From Candidatus Saganbacteria bacterium (GTDB lineage: Bacteria > Margulisbacteria > WOR-1 > XYC2-FULL-46-14), in the NCBI GenBank assembly GCA_013202975.1, contig JABMQY010000014.1, positions 1 through 63,314 on the forward strand: a stretch of DNA of 63,314 nucleotides. The letters are read 5' to 3'. Within the stretch, counting starts at the first letter, position 1, and each line of letters begins with the position of its first letter. The notes below the pieces were generated by a model. The model saw nothing but the letters and a program-made list of their open reading frames with translations. It was not told the origin of the DNA and did no database searches. Below are positions 62,101 through 63,314 of the stretch, piece after piece. A program made the position numbers and the translations under genes.

Positions 62101-63314
62101 ATTTGATAAAAAACAGGGAAATGGCCCATACATTTAGAGATACTGACAACTTTGGCGCTTTCAAATGCTTCTTGGTAAGAAAGGAACTTGGAGAAGGGGT
62201 TAGTTATCAGGATCTCTCTCTCCTCTGGACTGAGTTATCATTAGATGGCAAGGCAGACTTCTTCCGAGTTCTACATATCTATTCTATCCTGGTTGATGAA
62301 GTAAGCACCAATGAAACATTAATTCCAAACCTTGCTTCAAAAATAAAAAGATCCTCTATTAATGAGCAGAGAGAAATTTATAATGCTTGCTCAAAAGAGG
62401 TTCAGACCTTCTTAAAAGAGAGAAAGATTGTTAATCTTGAAGAACCTAAGAAAACAGATGAACCTGCCCCCTCCGAAAAGTACCTTCCTGCCCTTCAACA
62501 AGAATTTGACACTACTAATAATACAAAAGCAGAACGGGCAAATGCTTTTAGCTTCTTATGGCATGAAGATCGTGAAACTGCAGCCCGCTTAATTAGAACC
62601 GTAAAATTCCATGAAATAGCAAGAGATATGCTCTCAGATTTAGACGATACTGAACTTGCCCAGGTTTTAGACACAAGCTTGGTAGATGCACCCAAATTTA
62701 GCGATCAAACCGCAGTAAAGCGCTTTGACCAGCTCGATAGCAGTGTAGTAGTTCGAGGATTATGCCTGCTTCCACAAGAAAAAGCAGAAGGGGCTCTAAA
62801 TCTAGTTAAAGATGAAACACTAGCTCGAGTCTTTGATCGGGCCTTTGTTGTTTGCGGCGGAGTCCTTACCCCGGCCCGCTCAAGAAGCTATGTTCACAAT
62901 CTATTGAGCCAGGCTCTTCGCAGTGGTCAGGTTGATCAGGAAAAGGTTGCCAAAGCACTTCAATCCTGCCAAAGAAGGACGATTGCCTGGGTTAGAGGAA
63001 TTTATAGAGGAAAACTAGATATATCGGTCGCCAGAGCAAAAGCAGAAAGATTGATAGAAAAAGATCCTATGGCGCAAAGGATAATAAAGGCAAAAATTAA
63101 AACCCATCGTATGGCAAGACAAATTTTGGAGATAGCTGGGGCAGCAGTAAGTAAACAAGAACCTCATTTTACTCAGTTAATGCTCCCCTCTTTACAAGAT
63201 GCAGAGGGGGATGCTGTATTTGCCCTAAAAAATGAGCTTAGTAAAGATGCGGTAAGAAAAATAGGAATTCTATACGATGCCGTGCGAGAAAACGAAAAGC
63301 TGGCTGCCCAACAA
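59130..63314 (+). CDS. Giant hypothetical protein (>=1395 aa, 3'-partial) with four ~210-223-aa tandem repeats
   Basis: Manual translation from ATG 59130 (MPKITGSYLFNNWKSW...) found no stop to the window end, which is why the track omits it. Repeat anchors WKKEWG/WKKEWG/WNEEAWG/WKEEWG at 59235, 59865, 60504, 61173. Confidence 0.88.
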   Translation, partial: MPKITGSYLFNNWKSWVGLRSAGPIKLTNIQSIPNWKKEWGAEKPGSDEITAANKATETVLRLYGSIESSRAAAYILVETNIKALYLANRDAAITTLAYYRGNHEGLAVYLRKNTTPAFWAELIGPLLNEDAKYASGAISLLDMLFYSIPQKEEIGPFFVDHGLAKSLLEWVSTSEPHKLTSDFGSLLPKLLLMANKVLKTCIEQEDNKIWKSLSEETREKLLTYNETVSNANLLKKRVDKAHTTWKKEWGEGPDDRAIVKAKKELKIIRETFGGTKSSLSANSLADGVDLVDIRALYLVDKEAAIDTLAYMSGCHTTIAGLLRLDTTPAFWAELIGPLLKKDAKHASGALALLNMLFNSNQQKDKFGPFFVDHGLAKPLLEWIGRAKPGELGTHHETLILMASKILKTCLERKDIKIWESLSDETREKLFTHNETVVNADLLNIEAMRNRADEAHSAWNEEAWGYAPLDEEIERARDWIENTVKQDGFNIHSPELAHSSFRNGIDFVALFLIDKELYKLLIGNSFGRHNDISGRLKGQTLSFWAETLKLILEDDIAPAKDYDTAICYLTNAMLVHQRVILGKLTELLPIIAEHNLEEPILRQAKFLRYITNMTARGGFVNLLKIIFKFGVSETDKLVKIWQKLPEESRQALLKIKGIEKEAQEIHDAWEGSSTETETKIKWKEEWGAAPTEKQIAAAKEWADKIRASNMELRSRNLASRALTDKVNLKALWLIDPGLLRILMVFCAGSHQKIGDQLGYNDSLWAELTRFLLESKHEPPANDHEAGQEYLSGTIKYLSKMISSNYNEFMAFIKKNNLYEPFLRQAPYLKHITRFATAFFGPICEAGLEHLIENDQAEEVWKSLSEKARQGLLEDEHTERLAIQIQKACQQREEYSSNEFEAFQKAIIEIEPKLLHEKSKVNYSKEIAQKFYELIPKEERGRALAAMDQETAGLIVRSAKGIHGPIGRAVNDMPTQAAVELLERELKLVPNDLIKNREMAHTFRDTDNFGAFKCFLVRKELGEGVSYQDLSLLWTELSLDGKADFFRVLHIYSILVDEVSTNETLIPNLASKIKRSSINEQREIYNACSKEVQTFLKERKIVNLEEPKKTDEPAPSEKYLPALQQEFDTTNNTKAERANAFSFLWHEDRETAARLIRTVKFHEIARDMLSDLDDTELAQVLDTSLVDAPKFSDQTAVKRFDQLDSSVVVRGLCLLPQEKAEGALNLVKDETLARVFDRAFVVCGGVLTPARSRSYVHNLLSQALRSGQVDQEKVAKALQSCQRRTIAWVRGIYRGKLDISVARAKAERLIEKDPMAQRIIKAKIKTHRMARQILEIAGAAVSKQEPHFTQLMLPSLQDAEGDAVFALKNELSKDAVRKIGILYDAVRENEKLAAQQ

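Overview
A 63.3-kb AT-rich bacterial chromosome segment. The gene mix (V/A-type ATPase, PorV/PorQ-like barrel next to a FlgD/T9SS-CTD-like protein, large HEAT-repeat orphans) suggests Ca. Saganbacteria (WOR-1)/Margulisbacteria, but this is an unverified inference. Housekeeping genes are alr, queH, dapA, an EF-G2-type fusA, uvrB, pyrG, a CorC/HlyC protein, ybeY, murA, wecB and wecA, plus a probably Na+-type V/A-ATPase operon split between subunits E and C by about 17.5 kb of accessory genes. Large orphan genes are interleaved with these: four HEAT-repeat paralogs sharing an EF-hand-containing N-terminus, a 1061-aa helical orphan, a four-gene operon with a membrane Ser/Thr kinase, a transglutaminase-TPR protein, and a >=1395-aa repeat protein (59130 to the window end) that is absent from the ORF track. 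The strongest signal is a motif, TGAAATTT-N14-CGA(T/A)A, found five times. Each copy lies just upstream of orphan genes that lack a Sec signal peptide, and it resembles a sigma28/FliA (or ECF) promoter. I hypothesise an undescribed regulon of non-Sec-exported, effector-like proteins. Other observations: an alpha/beta-hydrolase split by one in-frame TAA, a sigma54 promoter facing away from an NtrC-type regulator, an attenuator-like leader, several REP/palindromic elements and many apparently leaderless genes. No rRNA, tRNA, CRISPR array, integrase or transposase was recognised. All calls come from reading the sequence; no database searches were run.
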